Source: Candidatus Aphodosoma sp.
GTDB taxonomy: Bacteria > Bacteroidota > Bacteroidia > Bacteroidales > Paludibacteraceae
Assembly: GCA_045126975.1 (NCBI GenBank)
Contig: JBGVPL010000001.1
Span: 8,642-72,641, forward strand
Length of the DNA: 64,000 nucleotides
Reading direction: 5' to 3'
The notes under the pieces: model-generated
The model's input: only the letters and a program-made list of their open reading frames with translations
The model's database searches: none
Told to the model about the DNA's origin: nothing
In this document: one piece after another, positions 56,022 to 64,000 of the stretch
Layout: each line of letters opens with the position of its first letter
How positions within the stretch are numbered: position 1 is the first letter of the stretch
Translations under genes and position numbers: made by a program

Positions 56022-57359
56022 ATGGCAGAGAAAATGAAGAGAAAAGTGGATTTGTATCTTAACGCTTGGAAAGAGAATAAAGACAGAAAGCCACTGATAA
56101 TAAAAGGAGCTCGGCAGATAGGAAAAACACACTCTATAGAGCAGTTTGCATATAGTAATTATAAATGTGTGGTAGAAATAAATTTTGTTGAGCAAGAACA
56201 GTATAAAAGTATTTTTGACCAAGGATTCGAGGTTGATGTAATTGTTAAAAATATATCATTGTTGAATCCTGAGTTAGAGGTTATTCCAAATCAGACACTA
56301 TTTTTCTTTGATGAGTTGCAAGCTTGTCCTAATTGTGCGACATCGTTAAAGTTTTTTAAATTGGATGGTCGTTATGATGTTATTTGTTCTGGCTCGTTGA
56401 TGGGAATAAATTATAAGGAAATAGAGTCGAATAGTGTGGGGTATAAAGAAGACTATGAAATGTATTCGATGGATTTTGAGGAGTTTTTGTGGGCAAAAGG
56501 TTATTCAGATGATTTTATCGAAGAGTTGTATCAGCACATGCGTGATGTAAAGCCTTTTTCGCAATTGCAAATGGATGTCCTTTATGAATTATTTCGAGAT
56601 TATGTTGTAGTAGGAGGTATGCCAGAAGTAGTAAAAACATATATTTCGAATAAAAATTTTAGTGGTGTATTGTCAATACAGCGTCAGTTATTGCTTGATT
56701 ATGAAGAAGATATTACTAAATATGTAGAAGGATTAGATAAGGCAAAAGTTAAGTCTGTATATAGTCATATATCTGCCTTTTTGGCAAAAGAAAATAAGCG
56801 TTTTCAGGTAACAAAAATAGGGCGTAATGCACGAAATCGTGATTATGTAGGTTGTGTTGAGTGGTTGGCAGATGCTGGAATTATAAATGTTTGTTATTGT
56901 TTGAATTATCCTGAATTGCCATTAAAGGGGAATTACGATCCTAAGTTGTATAAAATATATTTTCAAGATACAGGATTGTTGATTGCTTCGTTGGATGATG
57001 AAGCTCAAGAAGATTTGCGTAGGAACAAGAATTTAGGCACTTATAAGGGGGCTATTTATGAGAATATTGTTGGTGATATGCTTGTAAAACAGGGTTATAA
57101 TCTTTATTATTACAATAGCGATAAACCATCTCTTGAAATGGATTTTTTTGTGAGAGATTATAACTCGCTTATACCTGTTGAAGTTAAGGCAAAAGACAAT
57201 GCGACTGCATCGCTTAATACCCTTATAAAATCAGATGCTTATCCTGATGTAAAATATGGAATAAAATTCTGTTATAAAAATATAGGTTTTGATGGTAAAT
57301 TTTATACATTCCCTTATTTTTTGACATTCTTATTGAAAAGGTTTTTGTTAGAACATTAG
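56022..57359 (+). CDS. AAA-family ATPase with a DUF4143-like C-terminal PD-(D/E)XK domain
   Basis: Walker A GARQIGKT, Walker B LFFFDELQ, and C-terminal EMDFFV...LIPVEVKAKDN (D...E-x-K). Confidence 0.8.
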   Translation: MAEKMKRKVDLYLNAWKENKDRKPLIIKGARQIGKTHSIEQFAYSNYKCVVEINFVEQEQYKSIFDQGFEVDVIVKNISLLNPELEVIPNQTLFFFDELQACPNCATSLKFFKLDGRYDVICSGSLMGINYKEIESNSVGYKEDYEMYSMDFEEFLWAKGYSDDFIEELYQHMRDVKPFSQLQMDVLYELFRDYVVVGGMPEVVKTYISNKNFSGVLSIQRQLLLDYEEDITKYVEGLDKAKVKSVYSHISAFLAKENKRFQVTKIGRNARNRDYVGCVEWLADAGIINVCYCLNYPELPLKGNYDPKLYKIYFQDTGLLIASLDDEAQEDLRRNKNLGTYKGAIYENIVGDMLVKQGYNLYYYNSDKPSLEMDFFVRDYNSLIPVEVKAKDNATASLNTLIKSDAYPDVKYGIKFCYKNIGFDGKFYTFPYFLTFLLKRFLLEH

Positions 57360-57403
57360 GAATTTTAGGGGGAGGATAAGCAATGTGAGTTGAATAGGAA
57401 TTA

Positions 57404-57445
57404 TAAAAAAATCCTGCATCATTTGGGGGTGATGCAGGATTTTTT
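57404..57445. terminator. Bidirectional intrinsic terminator between convergent genes
   Basis: Stem atcctgcatca/tgatgcaggat, loop tttggggg, A7 on the left and T5 on the right. Confidence 0.8.
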
Positions 57446-57456
57446 ATGAATTATTT

Positions 57457-58005
57457 TTATTTAAAGAGATTTAACAAATCTCTTTCGAATTTACCTGTAG
57501 GCTCACATTGTATAGCCGTATATGGAGTTAAGTGTTTTTGAAAGAAATTATCAATATATTCTAATTGATATTCTCCTGATATATTTGAAATATTCACACT
57601 TATGTAAGTTTTATTATCTTCAGTTTCTCTAACTCTAACATTAAAACTGCATGTTACTTTGTGATTTACTCCTTTTTTTGTATAAGGGAATGCAAACCAA
57701 GCATTAGGTTTAGTTAAATCTCCATATTCATCTTCTGCAGCGCATAATGGATATTTAATTGTTATATTTGAAGCTACAATAATACCACTTTCTTTTTCAA
57801 GTGTAGCAATTGGAATACTCTGTTCTGCGAAAAAATCAATAACTTTATTCCATACCTCATTAAAAGCAGATGAAGTTGTTATTGATGTTTTATTAATTGT
57901 ATAATTACCTCTTAATATAGGCTGTGAACTTCCACAGGAAGATGCAATTATTACACAAAATGTAGCACAAATGGCTGTGATTGAAAAGAGTTTGAAATTT
58001 TTCAT
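57457..58005 (-). CDS. Hypothetical lipoprotein (182 aa)
   Basis: Lipoprotein signal MKNFKLFSITAICATFCVIIASSCGS. The start is set at M43 of the ORF. AT-rich, no recognised family. Confidence 0.6.
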   Translation of the reverse strand: MKNFKLFSITAICATFCVIIASSCGSSQPILRGNYTINKTSITTSSAFNEVWNKVIDFFAEQSIPIATLEKESGIIVASNITIKYPLCAAEDEYGDLTKPNAWFAFPYTKKGVNHKVTCSFNVRVRETEDNKTYISVNISNISGEYQLEYIDNFFQKHLTPYTAIQCEPTGKFERDLLNLFK

Positions 58006-58112
58006 AATAAAAAAAAGTTTTATAAAGTTGTTTTGCAATATTGCCGAGAGGGAGATGACGGCTGCGCTAACTTTATCAAACTTTTTTGTGTTAGGTGAGT
58101 AGTGGGTATAAA

Positions 58113-58298
58113 AAAAGCGCAACTTCGTCATACGCCTCTAGGCTCACCACAAGCCCCACATACCTATGAGAAGTCGCGCGGATGACCGCGTAACTATCCC
58201 AATGATATGTGTTAAATAAAGCTCAATTGCGGATGAGGTGGTGATTCAGAGGCGATTGCGCTTTACTATAATGTTTGATGTACGGATGAAACGTAACA
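58113..58298 (-). ncRNA. Candidate structured small RNA (rod-like, about 150-185 nt) with its own promoter and terminator; identity unknown (6S-like is one hypothesis)
   Basis: A long-range helix in three segments: 58114-58122/58256-58264 (9 bp), 58133-58139/58248-58254 (7 bp) and 58144-58150/58238-58244 (7 bp). It also has an internal hairpin cgcgg-auga-ccgcg, a U7 run after the closing stem on the minus strand, a minus-strand TACCTTTG box (complement of 58305-58312), and no plausible ORF. Confidence 0.45.
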
Positions 58299-58360
58299 TC
58301 GGTGCAAAGGTAGTATATTTTTTTGATATGGGCAAGGTTTTGTAAGAAAAGATTGAGGTA

Positions 58361-58410
58361 AAAAAATAAGAAGGCTATGTGAAAATTTTACACAGCCTTC
58401 TTTTATTTTT
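58361..58410 (-). terminator. Intrinsic terminator downstream of fmt
   Basis: Stem aagaaggct(a)tgtg/cacagccttctt with an AT loop, flanked by A and T runs. Confidence 0.8.
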
Positions 58411-58422
58411 TTATGTTGATTA

Positions 58423-59367
58423 TTATAATGTATGTATAGTGTATTGAGTGAGGTCGGTGCCTCGCATGAGGTCGGCGGCTGGCATGCGTTTTTTGCCTGC
58501 GAGTTGTACTTGGTCGAGGTGAATGTAGCCGTCTTGTACTGCTACTTTCAATACTTTTTTGCCGTCGCAAACGAGTGTGTTAGCAGGGTGGGTTGGGGAG
58601 CAGAGCTCTTTGCTGACTTCGTAGATTTTCATATTTGTGGTATTGCCTTCGGCGTCAGCGAGTTCGATCCATGCAGCTGGATAAGGAGCAAGACCTCGAA
58701 CGAGGTTGCGTACGGATTCGGCTGTGGTGTTGAAATTGATTCGGCAAGTGTCTTTGAAGATTTTTGGCGCAGGTTTTAGTTCGCCTTCAGGTTGAGGAAT
58801 TGATGCTACATTGCCAGATTCGATTTGGTTGACAGTTTGGAGTACGAGGTCGGAGCCGAGGTACATTAGTTTATCGTGGACTATGCCAGCATTGTCGTCA
58901 GGGGCAATGTCGATTTTTTGTTGCATGATGATGTTGCCGGTGTCGATTTCGTGTTGAAGGAAGAAGGTTGTTATGCCTGTTTCGGTTTCGCCATTGATGA
59001 CTGCCCAGTTGATTGGGGCTGCTCCGCGATATTGAGGTAGGAGTGAGGCGTGGAGATTGAATGTGCCGAGTGGTGGCATGTTCCATACGATTTCGGGTAG
59101 CATGCGGAAGGCTACGACGATTTGGAGGTCGGCTTGATATGAGCGAAGTTCTTCAACGAACTCTGGGTCTTTGAGGTTGACTGGTTGAAGGATAGGTAGG
59201 TTGACCGAGAGTGCGTATTCTTTGACTGGTGAGAATTGGATTTTGTGGCCACGACCGGCTGGTTTGTCGGGCATAGTGACAACGGCAACGATGTTTTTAC
59301 CTGCTTCGACTAAGCGGCGTAGAGGTTCTACGGCGAAGTCGGGGGTTCCCATGTAGATTATTTTCAT
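58423..59367 (-). CDS. fmt: Methionyl-tRNA formyltransferase
   Basis: MKIIYMGTPDFAVEPLRRL..., the HASLLPQYRGAAPINWAVINGE formyltransferase motif, and the C-terminal domain. Confidence 0.96.
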   Translation of the reverse strand: MKIIYMGTPDFAVEPLRRLVEAGKNIVAVVTMPDKPAGRGHKIQFSPVKEYALSVNLPILQPVNLKDPEFVEELRSYQADLQIVVAFRMLPEIVWNMPPLGTFNLHASLLPQYRGAAPINWAVINGETETGITTFFLQHEIDTGNIIMQQKIDIAPDDNAGIVHDKLMYLGSDLVLQTVNQIESGNVASIPQPEGELKPAPKIFKDTCRINFNTTAESVRNLVRGLAPYPAAWIELADAEGNTTNMKIYEVSKELCSPTHPANTLVCDGKKVLKVAVQDGYIHLDQVQLAGKKRMPAADLMRGTDLTQYTIHTL

Positions 59368-59573
59368 ATTTTAGCATTTTAGTAACGAGTAGCGAGTAGC
59401 GAGACTTTTGATACTCGGCTTCGCCTCGTTATTTTTTATAGATTTTAGTAGCGAGAAGTGAGACATACTCGCTTTGTTCGTTTTATTTTTTTTGAACGTA
59501 AATTCTCGCTAATTATCCATAAATTAAGAATAAGTTTTTGATTAATTTATGGTAATTTGTGTTTGAAAGAAAG

Positions 59574-60506
<933 letters not shown>

Positions 60507-60561
60507 ATTTCGAATAATTTGAAATTTGAAATTTGAAATTTGAAAGTTGTTTGTGTTGTAT

Positions 60562-60592
60562 TTTGTAGTGTGAATTTTTTTTTGTACTTTTG
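60562..60592 (+). promoter_or_regulatory. Promoter of pdxJ
   Basis: TTTG (60562-60565), 19 nt, TACTTTTG (60585-60592). Confidence 0.55.
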
Positions 60593-60654
60593 TGGTCAAT
60601 TTGAGAAGACCCATTAAGCGCAAAGTTACAAATAAAATTTGATATATAAAAACT

Positions 60655-61368
60655 ATGACACAACTAAGTGTAAACGTAAATAAAATAGCAACGATACGTA
60701 ATGCTCGAGGAGGTAATAATCCAGATGTATTGAAGGTAGCGTTGGATTGTGAGAAGTTTGGTGCTCAGGGAATTACGGTGCATCCACGACCAGATGAACG
60801 TCATATTACAGGACAAGATGTTTTGGATTTAAAGCCTGCCTTGACAACAGAATTTAATATAGAGGGTAACCCAGATGAGAGGTTTATTGACTTGGTTAGC
60901 AGAGTGAAACCAGCACAGGTTACGTTGGTGCCAGATGCTCCAGGAGTGTTGACTTCGAATGCAGGATGGGATTGTATTGCGAATTTTGAGCATTTGAAAG
61001 GGCTTGTTGATTTGTTTAAGGCGCAAGGTATCAGAGTTTCGATATTCGTTGGTACTGATATAGAAAATATTAAGGCTGCGGCTCGTACGGGGGCAGATAG
61101 AATAGAACTTTATACTGAGCCATACGCAGCGCAATATCATCAAGACAGAGAGGCGGCAGTGGCTCCATACGTGCATGCGGCAGTTGCGGCTCACGAATTG
61201 GGCTTGGGTATCAATGCGGGTCATGACTTGGATTTGCATAACTTGGCTTATTTTCATGAGTGTGTACCATTCCTCGATGAAGTTTCGATTGGTCATGCGT
61301 TGATTTGCGATGCGCTTTATCTTGGTTTGGAAGAGACGATAAAGAGGTATTTGGAGTGCTTGAAATAG
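60655..61368 (+). CDS. pdxJ: Pyridoxine 5'-phosphate synthase
   Basis: [17 protein letters not shown]..., [16 protein letters not shown]; full-length PdxJ. Confidence 0.96.
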   Translation: MTQLSVNVNKIATIRNARGGNNPDVLKVALDCEKFGAQGITVHPRPDERHITGQDVLDLKPALTTEFNIEGNPDERFIDLVSRVKPAQVTLVPDAPGVLTSNAGWDCIANFEHLKGLVDLFKAQGIRVSIFVGTDIENIKAAARTGADRIELYTEPYAAQYHQDREAAVAPYVHAAVAAHELGLGINAGHDLDLHNLAYFHECVPFLDEVSIGHALICDALYLGLEETIKRYLECLK

Positions 61369-61407
61369 ATTACAGATTATAGATAACAGATTACAGATAA
61401 TAGATTT
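61366..61407 (+). repeat. Tandem heptamer array TAGATTA/CAGATTA/TAGATAA x6 that begins on the pdxJ stop codon
   Basis: Units tagatta cagatta tagataa cagatta cagataa tagattt. The 7-nt register continues to the exbB ATG at 61431. Confidence 0.9.
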
Positions 61408-61430
61408 TAAATTTTCAACTTTATAAAATT

Positions 61431-62147
61431 ATGTTACTTTTACAAGAAACACAAATGGTAGCAACAATGGCTGCCGACACATTGAATGCTATGGCTCCAG
61501 TGGTTGAAGAGCCAGCAAAACTTAACTTTTTTGAGATGTGCCTCAAAGGCGGTTGGATTATGATTCCGCTTGCGTTGATGCTCATTTTTGCTATTTATAT
61601 TTTTATTGAACGTTTGATTGTTACGCGTCAGGCTTCGAAAGAGGACGCTACGTTTATGAATCGTATTAAAGATTATATTTATGATGGTAAACTTGATGCA
61701 GCATTGAAACTTTGTCGTGATACAAAATCGCCTTCGGCACGTATGATTGAAAAAGGTATCTCTCGTCTTGGTCGTCCGATGTCGGATGTGTTGGTGGCAA
61801 TCGAAAATGTTGGTAATATTGAAATTGCAAAACTTGAAAAAGGACTTTCGTTGTTGGCTACTATCTCGGGTGGAGCTCCGATGTTAGGTTTCTTGGGTAC
61901 TGTGATGGGTATGGTGCAAGCTTTCTTCGAAATGGAACAAGCTGGTGGTAACACAATCAACCTTAGTCAGTTGTCTGGTGGTATTTATACAGCAATGGTT
62001 ACTACAGTAGCAGGTCTTATTGTGGGTGTATGTGCTTATTTTGCATATAATTATCTTGTAGGTCGCGTGAACGAAGTGATGCGTCGTCTTGAAATGCGTA
62101 GCATGGAATTCCTCGATTTGCTAAATGAACCAGCAGCAGTTAAATAA
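61431..62147 (+). CDS. exbB: MotA/TolQ/ExbB proton-channel family protein
   Basis: Three TM segments and a conserved C-terminal core (LATISGGAPMLGFLGTVMGMVQAF). Confidence 0.9.
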   Translation: MLLLQETQMVATMAADTLNAMAPVVEEPAKLNFFEMCLKGGWIMIPLALMLIFAIYIFIERLIVTRQASKEDATFMNRIKDYIYDGKLDAALKLCRDTKSPSARMIEKGISRLGRPMSDVLVAIENVGNIEIAKLEKGLSLLATISGGAPMLGFLGTVMGMVQAFFEMEQAGGNTINLSQLSGGIYTAMVTTVAGLIVGVCAYFAYNYLVGRVNEVMRRLEMRSMEFLDLLNEPAAVK

Positions 62148-62245
62148 TTCATAATTCACAATTCATAATTCATAATTAACCATTCGGTGTTAATTTTATG
62201 ATTATGAACTAAAAATTATGAATTATGCATTATGCATTATGAATT
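62146..62245. repeat. Composite palindromic element, second copy: AATTCAT/AATTCAC array, ACCATTCGG core hairpin, inverted ATGAATT/ATGCATT array
   Basis: Left array 62146-62180 overlaps the exbB stop. Core attaaccattcggtgttaatttt. Right array 62197-62245. Same architecture as 19028-19137. Confidence 0.9.
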
Positions 62246-62254
62246 GAAAAAGTT

Positions 62255-62668
62255 ATGGCTTTAAAGAAATCAAACAAAATAGATGCTTCATTTTCGATGT
62301 CGTCGATGACTGACATTATATTCTTGTTGTTGTTATTCTTTATGATAGCATCGACAATGTCGGCTCCAAACGATATGAAAGTGAATTTGCCTCAATCGTC
62401 GGCAAAGACCGCAACAAAGGCAAATATTGTGAAAATAGGTATCACTGCAGAGGGCGAATATAGTATTGCAGATAATGGTTCAGAACCACGTGCTGTGCAT
62501 TTTGAAGAAATTGAACCATATCTTCAAACAGTGTATGTGGCAGATTCTACTACATACGTGGCATTGCATGCAGATGAATTGGTGCCTTATCGTGAAATTG
62601 TGAAAATACTTGATATAGCTAACGAAAATCGCCTTAAATTGGTGATAGCTACAAAAGTTAAGGAATAA
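62255..62668 (+). CDS. exbD: Biopolymer transporter ExbD/TolR
   Basis: MSSMTDIIFLLLLFFMI TM segment plus the ExbD periplasmic domain. TAATG overlap with the next gene. Confidence 0.9.
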   Translation: MALKKSNKIDASFSMSSMTDIIFLLLLFFMIASTMSAPNDMKVNLPQSSAKTATKANIVKIGITAEGEYSIADNGSEPRAVHFEEIEPYLQTVYVADSTTYVALHADELVPYREIVKILDIANENRLKLVIATKVKE

Positions 62669-63489
62669 TGCAATTAAAGAAATCAGAAATACAATCGGCT
62701 ATTGCCACTACTATAATCTGTATCATCATCTTGTTGATATTGATATTCTGCGGAATGACAGCACACAAGAATGAGATGGATGAGGGGGTAATGGTGTCGT
62801 TGGGTTATGCAGAGGAGGGTTTTGGCGAGAGCATGCCTAATCCGACTCCAGCTCCAGAAGCTGCACCTGTGCCTACTCCAGCTCCTCAGCCTGCCGCTCC
62901 AGAGGTATCATCTCCATCGGAAGAAGATTTGATGACACAGGAAGACCCATCGGTGGCACTTGAGGCTGAGAAAAAACGTAAAGAGGCTGAAGAAGAGGCT
63001 CGTCGTCGTGCTGAAGAGGAGCGTATTGCTCGTGAGAAAGCAGAGCAAGAACGTATTGCTCGAGAAAAGGCAGAAGAAGAGGCTCGTATTAAAGCCGAAC
63101 AAGAGGCTAAGAAGAATCAAGCAAGCAATCTTGCAGGTTCGGCATTCCAAAATGTGGGTAAAGGTCAAGGTCAGACTAAAGGTGAAGCACAACAAGGTAA
63201 TCCTGCAGGTCAAGGTTCGCAAGGTGGTCACTCGTGGTCGCTTAATGGACGTGATTTGTTGAGTAAATTGGCTCAACCATCATATCAAGGTAATGAAGAG
63301 GGACGTATAGTGGTAGAAATACGTGTAGATGCTTCGGGTAATGTAATTTCTGCTGCTATCACTAAAGGCACTACAATTACTAATGAAACATTGCGTAATG
63401 CTGCAGTTACAGCAGCAAAGAAAAATAAATTCTCGACTGGTGGCGGTGTCGCAATTGGTACAATTACATATAATTTTAGATTAAATTAA
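62668..63489 (+). CDS. tonB: Energy transducer TonB-family protein
   Basis: N-terminal TM anchor, Pro-rich then Glu/Lys/Ala-rich spacer, and a C-terminal TonB domain (GRIVVEIRVDASGNVISAAITKGTTITNETLRNAAVTAAKKNKF). Confidence 0.85.
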   Translation: MQLKKSEIQSAIATTIICIIILLILIFCGMTAHKNEMDEGVMVSLGYAEEGFGESMPNPTPAPEAAPVPTPAPQPAAPEVSSPSEEDLMTQEDPSVALEAEKKRKEAEEEARRRAEEERIAREKAEQERIAREKAEEEARIKAEQEAKKNQASNLAGSAFQNVGKGQGQTKGEAQQGNPAGQGSQGGHSWSLNGRDLLSKLAQPSYQGNEEGRIVVEIRVDASGNVISAAITKGTTITNETLRNAAVTAAKKNKFSTGGGVAIGTITYNFRLN

Positions 63490-63546
63490 AAACGAGCGTA
63501 GCGAGTAAGTTTTATATCTTGCTATTCGCTACTAAAAATTTATATT

Positions 63547-64000
63547 ATGGTTTATTTATTTTTAGGTACTGGCTTCGAAGAGGTAGAAGCGGTAGCAACG
63601 ATTGATGTTTTGCGTCGTGCAGAGGTCGAACTTACAACTGTTTCAGTAATGAACGAACGTGCAGTAGAGGGGGCTCATGGTGTACGTATTGAGGCAGATA
63701 AAATGTTTGATGAAGTTGATTTGTCAAAAGCAGAGATGCTTATACTTCCTGGTGGTATGCCTGGTACGTTGAATCTTGGAGCGCATGAAGGTTTAGTGGC
63801 ATCACTTCGTGAACAGAATAAGCGTGGAGGTTGGATTGCAGCGATTTGTGCAGCTCCATCAATACTTGGTAAAATGCATCTTTTGCGTAATCGTGAGGCA
63901 GTTTGCTATCCTGGTTTCGAAGACCAATTGGAAGAGGCGTTTGTGTCGAAAGACAGGGTGAAAGTGTCAGGCAATATAGTTACTTCTAAGGGACCTGGTT
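63547..64000 (+). CDS. DJ-1/PfpI family protein (3' end beyond the window)
   Basis: The open frame from the ATG at 63547 reads MVYLFLGTGFEEVEAVATIDVLRRA...LILPGGMPG...AAICAAPSILG (nucleophile-elbow Cys). No stop occurs before base 64000. Confidence 0.85.
   Translation, partial: MVYLFLGTGFEEVEAVATIDVLRRAEVELTTVSVMNERAVEGAHGVRIEADKMFDEVDLSKAEMLILPGGMPGTLNLGAHEGLVASLREQNKRGGWIAAICAAPSILGKMHLLRNREAVCYPGFEDQLEEAFVSKDRVKVSGNIVTSKGPG

Noticed and set aside
58113-58298. Known riboswitch upstream of the lipoprotein gene
   Set aside because: I could not find conserved cores of the TPP, SAM, cobalamin, FMN, glycine, lysine, fluoride, ZTP or preQ1 classes by eye. The closing helix doubling as the terminator is also atypical for an aptamer. 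It is kept only as a generic sRNA candidate.

Overview
This is a chromosomal segment from a low-GC Bacteroidota (Bacteroidales-like) genome. The assignment rests on three things: repeated TTTG-N19-20-TAnnTTTG promoters, T9SS type A and type B C-terminal sorting domains, and typical gene order.

Most of the window is housekeeping. In order, it contains: rpoB (3' part)-rpoC; an MscS channel; NfeD-flotillin; rimP-nusA-infB; cvpA; an SDR oxidoreductase; a pspC-ABC(MacB-like)-MacA-TolC efflux operon; a 3161-aa T9SS LamG surface protein convergent with a lamin-tail-domain T9SS protein; asd; tlpA-aguA-(lipoprotein)-aguB; a U32 peptidase; a porin-like protein; a Gate-domain membrane protein; rpsF-rpsR-rplI; tRNA-Arg(ACG); rplM-rpsI-rpsB-tsf; an AT-rich island with a BspA-type LRR protein and a PD-(D/E)XK nuclease-like protein; lon; an AAA/DUF4143 ATPase; a lipoprotein; a candidate structured sRNA; fmt; nadK; pdxJ; exbB-exbD-tonB; and a partial DJ-1/PfpI gene.

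The most unusual signal is not a gene. Almost every intergenic spacer is built from degenerate tandem heptanucleotide arrays of at least eight sequence families, all held in a 7-nt register. With them comes a roughly 45-55 nt GGGGAGG hairpin element.

Both repeat types also occur in frame inside conserved genes: nadK, infB, aguA, the SDR, TolC, the giant protein and the LTD protein. They also supply stop codons, start codons and signal-peptide cores.

Secondary leads are the LRR plus nuclease two-gene operon bounded by about 35-nt direct repeats, four 33-bp-spaced direct repeats in front of the AAA ATPase, a roughly 150-185 nt rod-like RNA candidate, and homopolymeric G tracts at a promoter and early in the giant gene.
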